A stretch of DNA of 64,000 nucleotides from Camelus ferus. Its lineage: Eukaryota. This document shows, piece after piece, positions 39,620 through 51,710 of the stretch (the first letter of the stretch is position 1; every line of letters begins with the position of its first letter). The notes beneath the pieces are model-generated. The model worked only from the letters and a program-made list of their open reading frames with translations, was not told the origin of the DNA and did no database searches. The position numbers and the translations under genes are program-made. The stretch spans positions 62,806,001 to 62,870,000 of the forward strand of contig NC_045705.1 of NCBI RefSeq assembly GCF_009834535.1, read 5' to 3'.

Positions 39620-42600
39620 TTAAAAGTGCTTAGAGACTTTTAGTAGGTTGGAATTGCTTCTGGCTGACCAGTGCTTCAGTCAGGAACCAGAAAAACTAGA
39701 TAAAATATAAAAATTGTCTTTTTAAAAGGCCTGAGGAAATTGCTGAAGGAAAGAGGATTGAAGGGCCCCAAATTCTAAAGTAGAATCATAGAAAACATGA
39801 GCTGACAATTTGCAGATTTTCCCCTGGGAACATTTGTTGATTCTGGGTTTGAGCAAGAGGCTAAGAATCCAGGCATTTAACCAGGAAGAGGGCTGTAGGC
39901 GGGGACCAGAGAAGCCAGGTGAGCTCAGTGGTCCACAACACTGAAGGACCAAGTTGGGGACTGGAGGAGTCTTAAAAACATAATACATTTCTCCTCAAAA
40001 TAGCTACCAAATTCAGAAGCTGTGTAGGGCAAGAGGCTATAGAAAGCTAAACCTCAAACCTCCGACAAGGAGACTAGGTTTTGGGGCAGGCTTATGGTGC
40101 TGATGATGAGAATTCAGGACCCACCTGGGGAGGGGACTGGTGAACACACCGGGTTTTCAGTTGAAAGCCTGGGAGGACTCCTTACTAGGAACAAGATGGA
40201 ACAGGTAGACAGAGGCTTATCAAAATCACAGTGCAGCCTCAAACCATATAGTCCCTGAGTGGACTAGGGTGATCGGCCCCCATTCTGTTTAGCAGAGGAA
40301 AGAGTGGAAGAAAAAACATCTAGAGACACTGTAAATGTTTATACACAATTTCTGGATCTAAAAAATCACTAACAAGAGAGGACCACATTACTTAAAATCA
40401 GAGTAAAAGTAGAAAATAGAAACAGGTGAGCCAAATATTGGAGAAAGTGGACAAGGAGTTTAAACTATGATTGATGTACTCAAGAAATAGAGGGAAATAT
40501 GGAGGAAATAGAGAAACCATTTAAATTACACCTAGGGACTTCTAATAATGGCTGAGTTAAGATGCTGTGGGAATGACCCCTCCACAAATAATGGCTGTAA
40601 AATACGAACATAATATGAAAAACAGCTACTTGAAGACACTGGAAAATGAAGGGAAGCAGAAAGTTTGATGGGTAGTTCACACTCAGAAGAGAATCATGCA
40701 GAGAAAGTTCCCTATTTTTGCTGCTTGTAACTTGGCAGCTGACAAAGTGGTGTATACAATATGCTGGTGGAAAATCACAGTACCAGAGTACTGAGCCAGG
40801 GCAGCTGAAGCCACTGGAGAGAGAGATGGGAGTCCAGAAAGGAAGAGCCAAAGAGGGGGGCACGCTCCAGTCCTGTCTGCCCACATCTCCGCCCAAGCTC
40901 TGGACCACAAATGTGCAAGTCAGACTCAGTGCAGCTCAGCTCAGCTAAGATTGGAGCTGCCACTCAGTAAGTGTGACTTGCAGTCTGTATCCACCCGAGC
41001 TAATCGCCTGGTAAAGGAACCATCACTCTCTGGAGACAAAAAGATGCCAGAGCCTCCACAATTTAACATTCAAAACTGACACCAATGCAGAGATGATCCA
41101 GTCTCACAGACTAGTCAGATAATCAAACAGTCAAACATATGTAATTGGGGTCCTAGAAGGTAAACAGAAGGAAAAGAGCAGAAAAAAAAATGTAAAGAGA
41201 TAGCCAAAATTTACCCAAATTTGATGAAAGAAATGCACTGATTTTAGATACTCCACAACCCACCCTGATAAACACAGAAAGGCCACACCCAGGAACATCA
41301 TAGTCAATTATTGACAGCTAAAGCCGAAGAGCCAATCTTGAAAGTAGCAAGAGAAAAACAACACATAACACAGTTTTATTTGGTTTTGGTGGCTTAAAGT
41401 GATGAACACTTATTAGCTCATATTTTCTGAGGGCCAGGAATCCTGGAACAGCTTAGCTAGGTGGTTCAGGGTCTCCCATGAAGCTTCAGTGGAGACGGGC
41501 TGAAGTCGTCAGAAGGCCTGGCTGAGCCTTGTAGGACCCGCTTCCCTGATGGTTCACTCACACGGGTGGTGGCAAGAGGCCTCATCTCCTCGGTTCCTCA
41601 CATACACAAGAACAACAATTAACAGCTGCCTTCTCAGTAAAAATCAGAGGCCAGAAGAGAGTGTAACATCTCTAAAATACTGAAAGAAAAAGAGGGTCAA
41701 CTCAGAATTCTAAATTTACCAAAAATATACTTCAAGAAAGAAGTTGAGATAAAGACGTTCTCTGATAAAAGGAAACTAAGAGAATTGGTGGCCAACAACC
41801 CTGCCTTATAAGAAATGTTAAAGGATTTATTTGGCTTGAAGGGGAATGATAACAGATGGAAATTCAGGTCCTCAGAAGGGAATGGAACACATCAGAAATA
41901 GTGTCTGAGTAAATATAGACTATTTAAAATGCTTTTCCTATGAATTTCTTTATAATACATATATAGAATACAAATTTTTTTCACATACACAGAATATTGA
42001 CCGCTATGTATCAAATGCTGGGCCATAAAACAATTCTCAGTACATTTAAAAGAATAAATACATTTAAAAGGGTAAAGAGTATGCTCTTTGACAATACAGA
42101 GTGGAATTAGACATCAGTAACAGTAAGAGAGCTCAGTGGTTCAGTCTAAGTCCAATTAGGAAACAGAAACCACACAGTAATTTAAACATGACAAGTTTAA
42201 TATATAGAATCATTAAATTATTATAAGGAATTATAAAGATGTAAAGAGAACTCTAAAACGGTACCTGAAGGGCTAGACCTGCAAAAAAAAAAAAAAAACA
42301 GAGTTACCTGAGGGCTGAGGGAGAGTACCCAAGGTAGGGTCCCCCACTCCCAAGGCTGGGGTTCAGACCTCACTGCAGCCCACTGGGTGATGGACAAGTT
42401 CACTGGTCTGCCCAGGCCAGAGCCAGTTCACAGCTGCCAGACAAGAAGCAACCCTCCAGGACTCAGGCAAGCTGAGGCTGATGAGATGATTCAGGAGTGT
42501 AGGGACCTGACCCATAGGCACCAGGCCCACAGCACACAGTGTCCACATAGGGAGGATCCCAGGAAACAACCCTCCAGGGCACAGGTGAGCCAAGGCTGTT

Positions 42601-45600
42601 GGGCAGGTGCTCCAAAAGAGTTGGAGTGTCCTGTGTGCACAAGGCCTGGAGTGCAGGATGGCCACACAGGGCATGGCGGACCAGGGGAATCAAGCTTCTG
42701 GGGAGAAGAGCCAAGGTCGGTGGGCAGACGTGTGGAGGGAGTTGGGACACTGCTGTGGACACACACCGTCCAGGGCACAGGTAAACAAGGCTGAGGGGGC
42801 AAGTGCACAGAGTTAGGGAGCTGCCACAGGTGCAAGGCCTGGAGTACGCAGTGTCCTTGACAGGAGGGCCACAGCAAAGTGGTCACCAGGCCTGGACCAG
42901 GTGTGCTGAGGTTGCCGAGGGAGTGTGTGCACTTGGCATGTGGCTAGAGCAGAGCACCACCATTTACCCTAGATGTCCCTGTGCATAGTGATAGACCACC
43001 GTGCAGGAGCAAGGAAAAGCAAACCCGAGCTCACTGGAGCCGGAAGCCAAGCCCTTTCCTTCCTCCAGTATCCCTCCAGCGCCCTCTGCTGACAAAGTTT
43101 GCCATTGTGCTCACTGCAGGGGAGAAATGCTCGTCCAGTCTGTTACCGCAGGACAGGTTTTGAAGGGTGAATGTGAAGCTAACGTCCATCTTTTTGGCTA
43201 CTCAGCTCCCGTGCACCACTCTATACATAACTGAACTTACATATTATATTCCTACTAACAATATATATCTATCCTTCTTAAAAGTGACATTCTCACGCTC
43301 CCCTCAACATGAGAAGACATACAGTGCCAACAGTCACTGTATCCATAGCCAGCTACATTAATTGCTCCACAAATTTTGTCAGGGTCCCACTAAATGTTTT
43401 ATTACCTAAAGACTAAAATATAAAGTTGACCTCCAATAAATTGTAAATGAAGAGGCAAAAAAGAAAATGATCAGTATATACAAATAAACATGCCTACAAG
43501 GAGCAAAGAAACACACACAAAGCTACCACAGCGTTTTTGTAACTGGTCACTTTTATAACTGGTCACAAGGTCATAGTTGATATTCATGACTCCCTTCTTC
43601 AATACTCATTCCATATTTCCCTTGCCCTCAGGTAGAGCTTCTGTTGCTGCTCTGAGGTCTTTACCTGATAGAGTGACCCAAAACCTTCATTCCTGAAGGA
43701 TCTGAGTCCTGCTTTTGCGGGGTCATGGATATACTAATAGGTACCCCCAAGGAGTCCTCTGGGTTCCAAACATAGTCTTCCTTGCCTCCGTTATGTAGTA
43801 GCAACCCAACTTCCCCAGGAGACTCAGGACCAGCAACCCAACTTCCCCAGGAGACTCAGGACCAATCACTCTAGCCAATAGACTGGACCTGCTCCTCTCC
43901 TTTTTTCTTGGTCCATTGGTTTAGTGGCATAAGGAACCCAAAATGGCCAGGTAGCAGTCTCATCTGCCAGTTCAATGGTACCGTTGTTTTGTCTCCTTGT
44001 GGAACAAGACTCACTTAGGAACAAAGATGTCCAAATCAGCAGACTCAAATTTTTCAGGATAAGAGGCAAAAACTCTGCAGGTGGGTTATTAGGTATAATA
44101 GTGAGAGGAGTCATTCCCAGTCCCATCCCTTGATGCCTGGACCCATGTATGCTGGCCAGGGGGACGACCACGCCCTGTAATGGTCTCTGACTCAAAGATA
44201 TACTTCATTCTGTAAATTAGAACCCCCATCCTTTCAGGGTGTTGTCTCCCTGCTGGTGCCAGAACTGAGCCTTTGGTAAGCCACTCAACTTTTCAATTAA
44301 ACTGCCTTCTTCCAGGTGATGCAGTATGTGTGGTGAGACCAGTTAATTCCACAGGCATAATTATGCCGACTGCCGCACTTCTTTGCTGTGACGTGAGTAT
44401 CTTAATCAGAAGCAATGTTGTACAGAATGCCATGAGGAGCACACCGTGTCTCTGTTGGGAGGACCCCAGGAAAGTTCAGTTTTATGAAGTGCACCAAGGC
44501 TGGTGGGTGGGTGTACCAAGATGAGGCACTACTGCAAGGGAAAAGTCTGGACCGTGTGGTGTTCACACCAGGAAAGCCTTGAGAAACAACCTTCTGACGG
44601 AGCAGCAAGCTAAGGCGGGTGGGCTGGGGTACCCAGGGGGTCAGGATGCTGCTGCAGGTGTGAGGTTGTGGCAAGGTGATCACCAGGCCTGGGCTGGGGC
44701 TGAGAGATCACTGAGCCCACCTCCTCTTGGCACACTGCTGGGGTGGAGCACCTCTGGATGTCCCCACACAGATGCACACATGACAGACAGGCAGGGGCAA
44801 GAAAAATGAAAACCCAGCACATTGGAACCAGGAAGAAAAGCCCCCTTTTTCCTGCAGTGTCCATCCAGTGCCCTCTACTGACAGAATCTAACATCATGCT
44901 CACCGGAAGGGAGAAATGCTCACAGTTCTAGTCCATTACTGCAGAATAGATATCGAAGTGTGAATCTGGGGCTAAGGAGCAATATGTTGATAACTGCCAC
45001 ATCAGAAAACCACTAAATATTTAGAAGTTAAATTATGCACTTATAAATAATCATAAATTAAAGAAGAAATCATAAGAGAAGTCAGAAACTGCATAATAAT
45101 GAAAACACAACATTTAAAATGCATATGACGCAGCTTTTATTAAAAAAGAAGAGGGGGGAGGGACAAATGAGGAGTTTAGGATTAGCAGAGACTAACTACT
45201 GTATATAAAATAGATAGCAAGCTCCTTCTGTTTAGCACAGGGAACTATATTCAATATCTTGTAATAAGCTATAGTGATAAAGAATATGAAAAAGAATATA
45301 TATAACTGAATCACTATGCTGTATGCCAGAAACTAATGTGACATTGTAAATCAAGTATACTTCAATTTTAAAAAATCCTTGAGAAATTGGTAATTAAATT
45401 GAGTATTGATCATAAAAAAAAGATCTGAAACCAATGGTCTAAGTTTTCAAGTAGAAAAAGAGCAAATTAAACTCAAAGTAAGTAGAAAGAAAGAAGGATT
45501 AAGACCAAAAGTCAACAGAACGTGATAAATAATAGAGAAAAATATATGAAACCAAAAGTTAATTCTCAAAAAGTTAATTGATATATCTTCAGCTAGACTG

Positions 45601-47360
45601 ATCAAGAAAAAGAGAAGACACGAATCACCAATATTAAGCATGAAAGGGGGTGTTCCTGTAGGTCCTATATTTATTAAAAGGATCATAAGGGTATTTATAG
45701 ACAGCTTTATGCCAGTAAATCTGACATGTTTTATGAAGTGAACAAATTCATCAAAAGAGACAAATCACTAAAACTAGCCCAAGAAAAAGAAAGAAATTGA
45801 ATTCATAATTAAGTCTTCCCACAAAGAAAATTTCAGGTACTGGTGACTTCATTGGTGAATTCTATCAAACATTTAAAGAAGAAACATCAATCCTACAAAA
45901 ATTCTTTCAGAAAATAGGAAAAGAAACATTCTCAACTCAAATATCCTTACCGAAACAAATATATCATGTGAAAAAAATAATAAAACCTGTAGATTCATAC
46001 CCCTAATGATCATAGATACAAACATTCATAAAATTTTAGCAAATTGAATCCAGCAGTGTAAAAAGGATAATACATCCTAAGTAAAGTTTATCCCAGGAAT
46101 GTAAGGTTGTTTAATACCTAAAAATCAATGAGTGAAATTCACCAAATCAGTAGAATAAAGAGGGAAAAGCACTTGCTCATTAAATAATTGTAGCTGTGGC
46201 AAAACTCAACACTCAATTATGATAAAAATTCTCTGCAAACTAAGAAGCGCACTTCTTGTACCTGGTAAGCTCCTCCGAAGTACCTACAGTTCATATCATG
46301 CTCAATGGTGGAAGGCTGAATATTTTGTAAAAGTCAAAAAAAGCACAGATACCCATCTACACCACTTCTATTCAACATTGTACTAGAAGGCCTAGGCAGA
46401 GCAATAAGAGAAGGGAAAAGAAATAAAAGGCATACATATCGGAAAGGAAGAAGTAAAACTGTCTTGATTTGAAAATGATAATTGCGAACATAAAAAAATC
46501 TAAAGAATCTACAAAAAGTCATTAGTACTAACAAATGAATTTGATTTAGTAGCACACAGGACTCAAAGATGCAGCTAAATTAATGTGTAGAGAAGAATTT
46601 ATAGCCTTAAAACACAAATATTAGAAAAGCAGTGCGGCTGAAGGTAAGATGTTAGTTTCTGTCTCAAAAAGAACACCAAGTCAAACTTGAAGAAAACAGG
46701 AGGAAGGAAATGATGAAAAGCAGAAGTCTGTAAAACAGAAAACAAGTATAAAGTGAAGAAAAAAAACAAAATCAAAAGTTGATGTTTTAGAAAGAATAAT
46801 AAAATTGCTAAACACCTATCAAAACTAATTAAGAAAAAAAGAAATTAAAATTATCAGGAAGGAAAAAGGCGACATCACTATATTTCCTACAGGCATTAAA
46901 AAATATAAGGATGTTATGAAAACTTCACACCAATATACTTAAAAACTTATTTTTAAATGTGTAAATTTTTGAAAACCACAAATTTGTCCCAAACTACCCA
47001 AAAAGTAGAAAATATGAACAATTATACATGTATATATTTGGAAAAAAATATATGTATATATAAAAGAAATTTAGTTCTTTTTAAATTTCCCACAAAGAAC
47101 ATTCCAGCTTTATATGGCTTCATCAGTAAATTCTTCTGAAGAAGAAATAAACCTATTTTACACAATGTCTTCCAGGTAATAGAAAAAGAAGAAACAGTTT
47201 TGTGCTTCATTTCCTGAAGCCAACTTTACATTTGATACCCAATGTGACAAGGTTCTTATAAGAAAGGGAAATTACAGACCAATCTCTCATATAACATATG
47301 TAAAAACTTGAACAAAATATTAGTAAGTGAAATTCAGTGATCTATAAAAAGGGTAATATG
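39620..47360 (+). mobile_element. Old degenerate L1 (5' region, ORF1/ORF2 remnants) interrupted by nested insertions
   Basis: A-rich ORF1 and ORF2 remnants; the L1 is continuous across the ERV (cagtaacagtaaga|...|tcagaaaaccactaaatatttag). An MLT1 piece lies near 41370-41600, a younger L1 3' end near 45170-45375, and a second ORF2 segment from about 46560. Confidence 0.8.
42130..45001 (-). mobile_element. ERV-L proviral remnant: two LTR33-like LTRs around integrase-dUTPase sequence
   Basis: Minus strand 44434-43860 gives degenerate HGI..NIASD* (TAA 44402-44404) integrase, then dUTPase-like sequence. The LTR starts TGTGGCAGTT at 45001, and the same LTR segment recurs at 43010-43185 and 44800-44980. 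Confidence 0.8.
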
Positions 47361-48078
47361 CCTGTCAGGGATCTCTATGACCACCCTCAGGCTTGACGAT
47401 TTGCTAGGAAGACTCACGGGGTTCAGCATACAGTTCTATTCATGGCTATGATTTATTACAATGAAAAGATTCAAAAAAGCGGGGGAGGGGGCCCAGATGG
47501 TAAGTATTTAAGCCACACAGTCTCTGTTGCCACTACTCAACTTAGCCTGAAGGCATGAAAGCCTGTAGCGTGAAAGCAGCTGTATACAAAATGTAAATCC
47601 CCGGGTGGAGCTCTGTTCACTTGAAAAACCTTTACTTTCAAAAATAAGCAGCTGGCCCACCTTCCTTTTAGAGTTGGACATTGGAGGCTCACAGCAGGAC
47701 CCTGCCTATTTTCTCTCATCTAGCAGGCAGTGGGGGCAGATGTGCTGGCGCCATTTCCACCCGTCCCAGCCTTGCTGTGTGCCTTGCTCCCCTGACACTC
47801 AAGAAAGCCCTCCAGGCTTGCAGCTAATTTCTACCAATGGGAGGCACAAGCAGGGGTCAGGGTGCAGAGGAGAAGGGAGGGGAGGAGGTCAGATATTAGT
47901 TCACCAGTTTTTCAAACTTTGCACAGCTCCTCGTGGGAATTCTCCATACATGTTACTCTCTCTAGGTTCAAGGAATTGCTTCTGCTCCTTCTTCATGCCT
48001 AGAAATAACAATTATTGCCCCACCTCCATCCCAATTAGCTAGGAGTACAGCTCTGTCCTTAAAGGTCAGTCACTCTAA

Positions 48079-49330
48079 ATGCAAATCAAGACCACAATGA
48101 GAAAGCAACTCACAACTGCCAGAAGGGCTATTATCAAAGAGACAACAAATAACAAGTGTTGGCTAGGATGTAGAGAAAAAGGACCCCTCATGCACTGTGG
48201 GTGGGAATGTAAATTGGTGCATCCGCTGTGGAAAACCGTATGGAGGTTTCTCAAAAAATTAAAAATAGAACTACCATATGATCCAGCAATTCCACTCCTG
48301 GGTATTTATCCAAAGAAAACAAAAACACTAATTCAAAAAGANNNNNNNNNNNNNNNNNNNNNNNNNNNNNNNNNNNNNNNNNNNNNNNNNNNNNNNNNNN
48401 NNNNNNNNNNNNNNNNNNNNNNNNNNNNNNNNNNNNNNNNNNNNNNNNNNNNNNNNNNNNNNNNNNNNNNNNNNNNNNNNNNNNNNNNNNNNNNNNNNNN
48501 NNNNNNNNNNNNNNNNNNNNNNNNNNNNNNNNNNNNNNNNNNNNNNNNNNNNNNNNNNNNNNNNNNNNNNNNNNNNNNNNNNNNNNNNNNNNNNNNNNNN
48601 NNNNNNNNNNNNNNNNNNNNNNNNNNNNNNNNNNNNNNNNNNNNNNNNNNNNNNNNNAGAGGCATAGATACAGAGAACAAACAGTTGGTTGCCAGAAGGG
48701 AAGGAGGTAAGGAAAGGAAAGAAATGAGGGAGATTCGAGGTACAAACTTGCAGTTGCAAAACAAATGCATCACAGGTATAAAATGTACAATGTGGGAAAT
48801 AGAGTCAAGTATTGTGTAATATCTTTGTATGGTGATAGATCATAACTAGACCTACAGTGGTGATCCTTTGGAAATGTACAGAAATACCGAATCACTGTCG
48901 TGTAACAGGAACTAACATGGTGTTGTCAGTCAGTTATACTTCACAAACAAACAAACTCATAGAAAAAGAGATCAGATTTGTGGTTACCAGAGGTTAGGGG
49001 AAGGGGGAACTGGGGAAGGGGGAACTGGATAAAGGCAGTCAAAAGGTACAAACTTCCAGTTATGAAATACACAAGCACTAGGGATATAATATACAACATG
49101 ATAGATACAATTAACAGTGCTGTATGTTACATATGAAAGTTGGCAAGTAAATTGTTAAGAGTTCTCATTACAAGGAAAACATTTTTTCCTTTCTTTAATT
49201 TTGTATCTATATGAGACGAAGGATTATTGTGGTAATCATTTCATGACATATGAAAGTCAAATCATTATGCTGTACATCAAACTTATACAGTGCTGTATGT
49301 CAATTACATCTCAATAAAACTGGAAGAAAA
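48079..49330 (+). mobile_element. Younger L1 3' portion (ORF2 C-terminus plus 3'UTR), spanning a gap
   Basis: MQIKTTMR...[40 protein letters not shown] is the L1 ORF2 cysteine-rich end; AATAAA and A-tail near 49312-49331. Confidence 0.92.
48342..48657. other. Assembly gap (316 N)
   Basis: Run of n. Confidence 0.99.
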
Positions 49331-49550
49331 AAGCAAAACCAAACAAATAAACACAAACTCAGCAAAGGACTTGAGTAGACATTTCTCCAAAGAAGATATA
49401 CAAATGGTCAATAGCTGCATAAAAGATGCTCAACATCATTTAGTCATTAGAAGAATGCAAATCAAAGCCGCAATGAGCTATCACTTCACACCTACTAGGA
49501 TAGTGATAATAATTCTAAAAACTGAAAATAAAAGGTATTGGGGAGAATGC

Positions 49551-49718
49551 NNNNNNNNNNNNNNNNNNNNNNNNNNNNNNNNNNNNNNNNNNNNNNNNNN
49601 NNNNNNNNNNNNNNNNNNNNNNNNNNNNNNNNNNNNNNNNNNNNNNNNNNNNNNNNNNNNNNNNNNNNNNNNNNNNNNNNNNNNNNNNNNNNNNNNNNNN
49701 NNNNNNNNNNNNNNNNNN
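49551..49718. other. Assembly gap (168 N)
   Basis: Run of n. Confidence 0.99.
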
Positions 49719-49746
49719 AGACACTTGTATGCTGATGTTCAATGCA

Positions 49747-49787
49747 GCACACACGCGCGCGCGCGCGCGCACACACACACACACACG
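49747..49787. repeat. Compound (CA)n(CG)8(CA)n alternating purine-pyrimidine tract
   Basis: gcacacacgcgcgcgcgcgcgcgcacacacacacacacacg. Confidence 0.95.
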
Positions 49788-49850
49788 AATGTTATCCAGC
49801 CATAAAAAAGGAACTAAGTTCTGATATATGCTACACGAATGAACCGTGAA

Positions 49851-49979
49851 GGTGGGGCAGGCAGGGGATACGCTCAGTGGTAGAGTGCACACCTAGCATG
49901 CACAAGGTCCTGGATTCAATCCCCAGTCCCTCCATCAAAATAAGTAACTGATTATCTGCCCACAAACAAACAAACGAAA
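49851..49979 (+). mobile_element. tRNA-derived SINE (camelid-type) inserted in L1
   Basis: A box GCTCAGTGGTAG, B box GGATTCAATCC, (CAAA)n tail; degenerate 16-bp TSD at 49835-49850 and 49981-49996 (13/16 match). Confidence 0.85.
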
Positions 49980-51015
49980 CATGAGTGAACCTTGAAAACA
50001 TGTTAAATGAAATGCGCCAGACACAAAAGGCCGCCTATTTTATGATTCCACTTATTTAAAATATAAAGAACAGACAAATGCATAGAAATAAAAAGTAGAT
50101 CAAAGGTTAGCAGGGATGGGGCAAGTGGGAGAATGGAGAGTTACTGCTTAACGGATACAGAGTTTCTGTTTGGGATGCTGAAAAAGCTTTGGAAACAGTG
50201 GTGATGACTGCCTAACACTGCGAAATTAACTATGATTGTACACACACAAAAAAGGTGTCACTGTACTCATATTACCTGATTTGAGTGCCACCTGACTGAC
50301 CAACGGGCCAACAGCCAGGTCAGCCTACGTCCACTCAAAACCCTTCTTTCTACTGCACACTTTTACTGCTCCAAATCACAGACAGGCTTCCAAACCCAGT
50401 CTCCCAATTCCCACCTCGAGTACTTTGTTCTTCTCAACTCCCACTGCACGTCAGGGGTCACGTGGTGATCGCGGTTAGTCTTCCCATCTCATTTCTACTC
50501 CTTGAAAGGAGCCTCTAATTTCGACTAATTTTGGTGTCTTCTAATTATCTGGTTCATACATCGGACGCACAAAACCCTTTGCCCTCCCCAAAAGACTGCT
50601 TGTCCCGCGCCGCATTTGCAGAGCACTGTCGCGCACACCGTTTCTCATTTTCAGACCGTCGTTTGTACAGAGAATCGTGGGGCTAAGGCCTGTGGTCACA
50701 TCACCACAACTGGCCATTTTTGCCAACTCGTTGTAAACTTGGATGGGGAAGCTCGGGAGCTGCCTCCGCCCCCGGGGTCCTGCGCTCCGTGAGCGGCCAC
50801 TGTTCGCCAGTAGGTCCGCGGCCGAAACTCCAGTAAAGGCCGTTTGCGTCCCACGTCCGCCACCCCGCGCACGCGCGGACTGCACCGAGCCTGTCCCAGC
50901 GCCAGGTAACCATAGAGTGCGGCCGGCAGGCAGAGGGGCCAGAATCCGGGGCCAGTCCGTCCCCAGCTTCCGGCAGCACCTCGCTGGGCCGGGGGCGGCG
51001 GCAGCCGCGTTTGCA

Positions 51016-51029
51016 GTTTCCATGGGGAC
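51016..51029. promoter_or_regulatory. RFX X-box in TMEM216 5'UTR
   Basis: GTTTCCATGGGGAC, 12/14 match to the palindrome GTTTCCATGGAAAC. Confidence 0.65.
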
Positions 51030-51034
51030 TGAAG

Positions 51035-51047
51035 ATGGCGCCGCGAG
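51035..51047 (+). CDS. TMEM216: TMEM216 exon 1 coding part
   Basis: AAG ATG GCG CCG CGA G|GTGAG; strong Kozak. Confidence 0.9.
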
Positions 51048-51608
51048 GTGAGATTCTCGAGGTGTGTGAGTCGCTGGTCCCGATCCCGTCAGGCCCTCCC
51101 TTTTCTCCCAGTGTTCGGCCTAAACCCTCCATTCTCGGGTGTTAGGGGGACATCACTCGTCACTTGTCCAGAGCCGGGTTTAGCTGCCTCACCCACCCTG
51201 AGTGCCCGAAGGTCTCGAGGTGCGGGTCTCCGAAATACCCCCAAATCCTTGGCTGGCCTGTTCTAAGCCAGCTCAGCTAGAATTTGCCGCGTGATCTCAG
51301 GCCAGTGCTGGTCTCTGCGCCCCGGTTCTCTTCCCACATAGTGACGAGGTTAGATTTTAGAGGGCCTTGACTTTCACCCCTGAAGCTGAAAGAGTCGAGT
51401 TTGAGGGTGAATCTGGAAAGAAGGGGATGGAAGGGACGCCTCCACACCCTGTACACGCACACGCTCCTCATTATCAGCAATCAGAAGTGCCCCAAGTGGC
51501 TCTTTCCTCTAGTTGCGACCTCGTGTTTCCTCCAAGTTAGAACCATTCAAATAACTGAGGTTGAGCTGCTCTCCAGCCCGTCTCTCTTCTCTGTGCTCTT
51601 ATTTTCAG

Positions 51609-51710
51609 GTAAAAGGTTGTCCTCCACCCCACTGGAAATCCTGTTCTTTCTGAACGGGTGGTATTATGCTACATACTTCCTGCTGGAACTCTTCATATTT
51701 TTGTATAAAG
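51609..51710 (+). CDS. TMEM216: TMEM216 exon 2
   Basis: KRLSSTPLEILFFLNGW...FLYK; 102 nt. Confidence 0.97.

Larger units (their letters stand above)
50560..51330. promoter_or_regulatory. CpG island / TMEM216 promoter
   Basis: CpG-rich; NRF1-like GCGCACGCGC at 50867-50876; E-box CACGTG at 50459-50464 just upstream. Confidence 0.88.

Noticed and set aside
48079-48819. 246-aa ORF as a novel gene
   Set aside because: It is the L1 ORF2 C-terminus, artificially extended through Ns.
49861-49935. tRNA gene
   Set aside because: It has A and B boxes but continues into a SINE body with a (CAAA)n tail and TSD inside an L1, so it is a tRNA-derived SINE.
50541-51132. Divergent coding gene at the TMEM216 promoter
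   Set aside because: CpG-island ORFs without homology; a non-coding antisense transcript cannot be judged from sequence.
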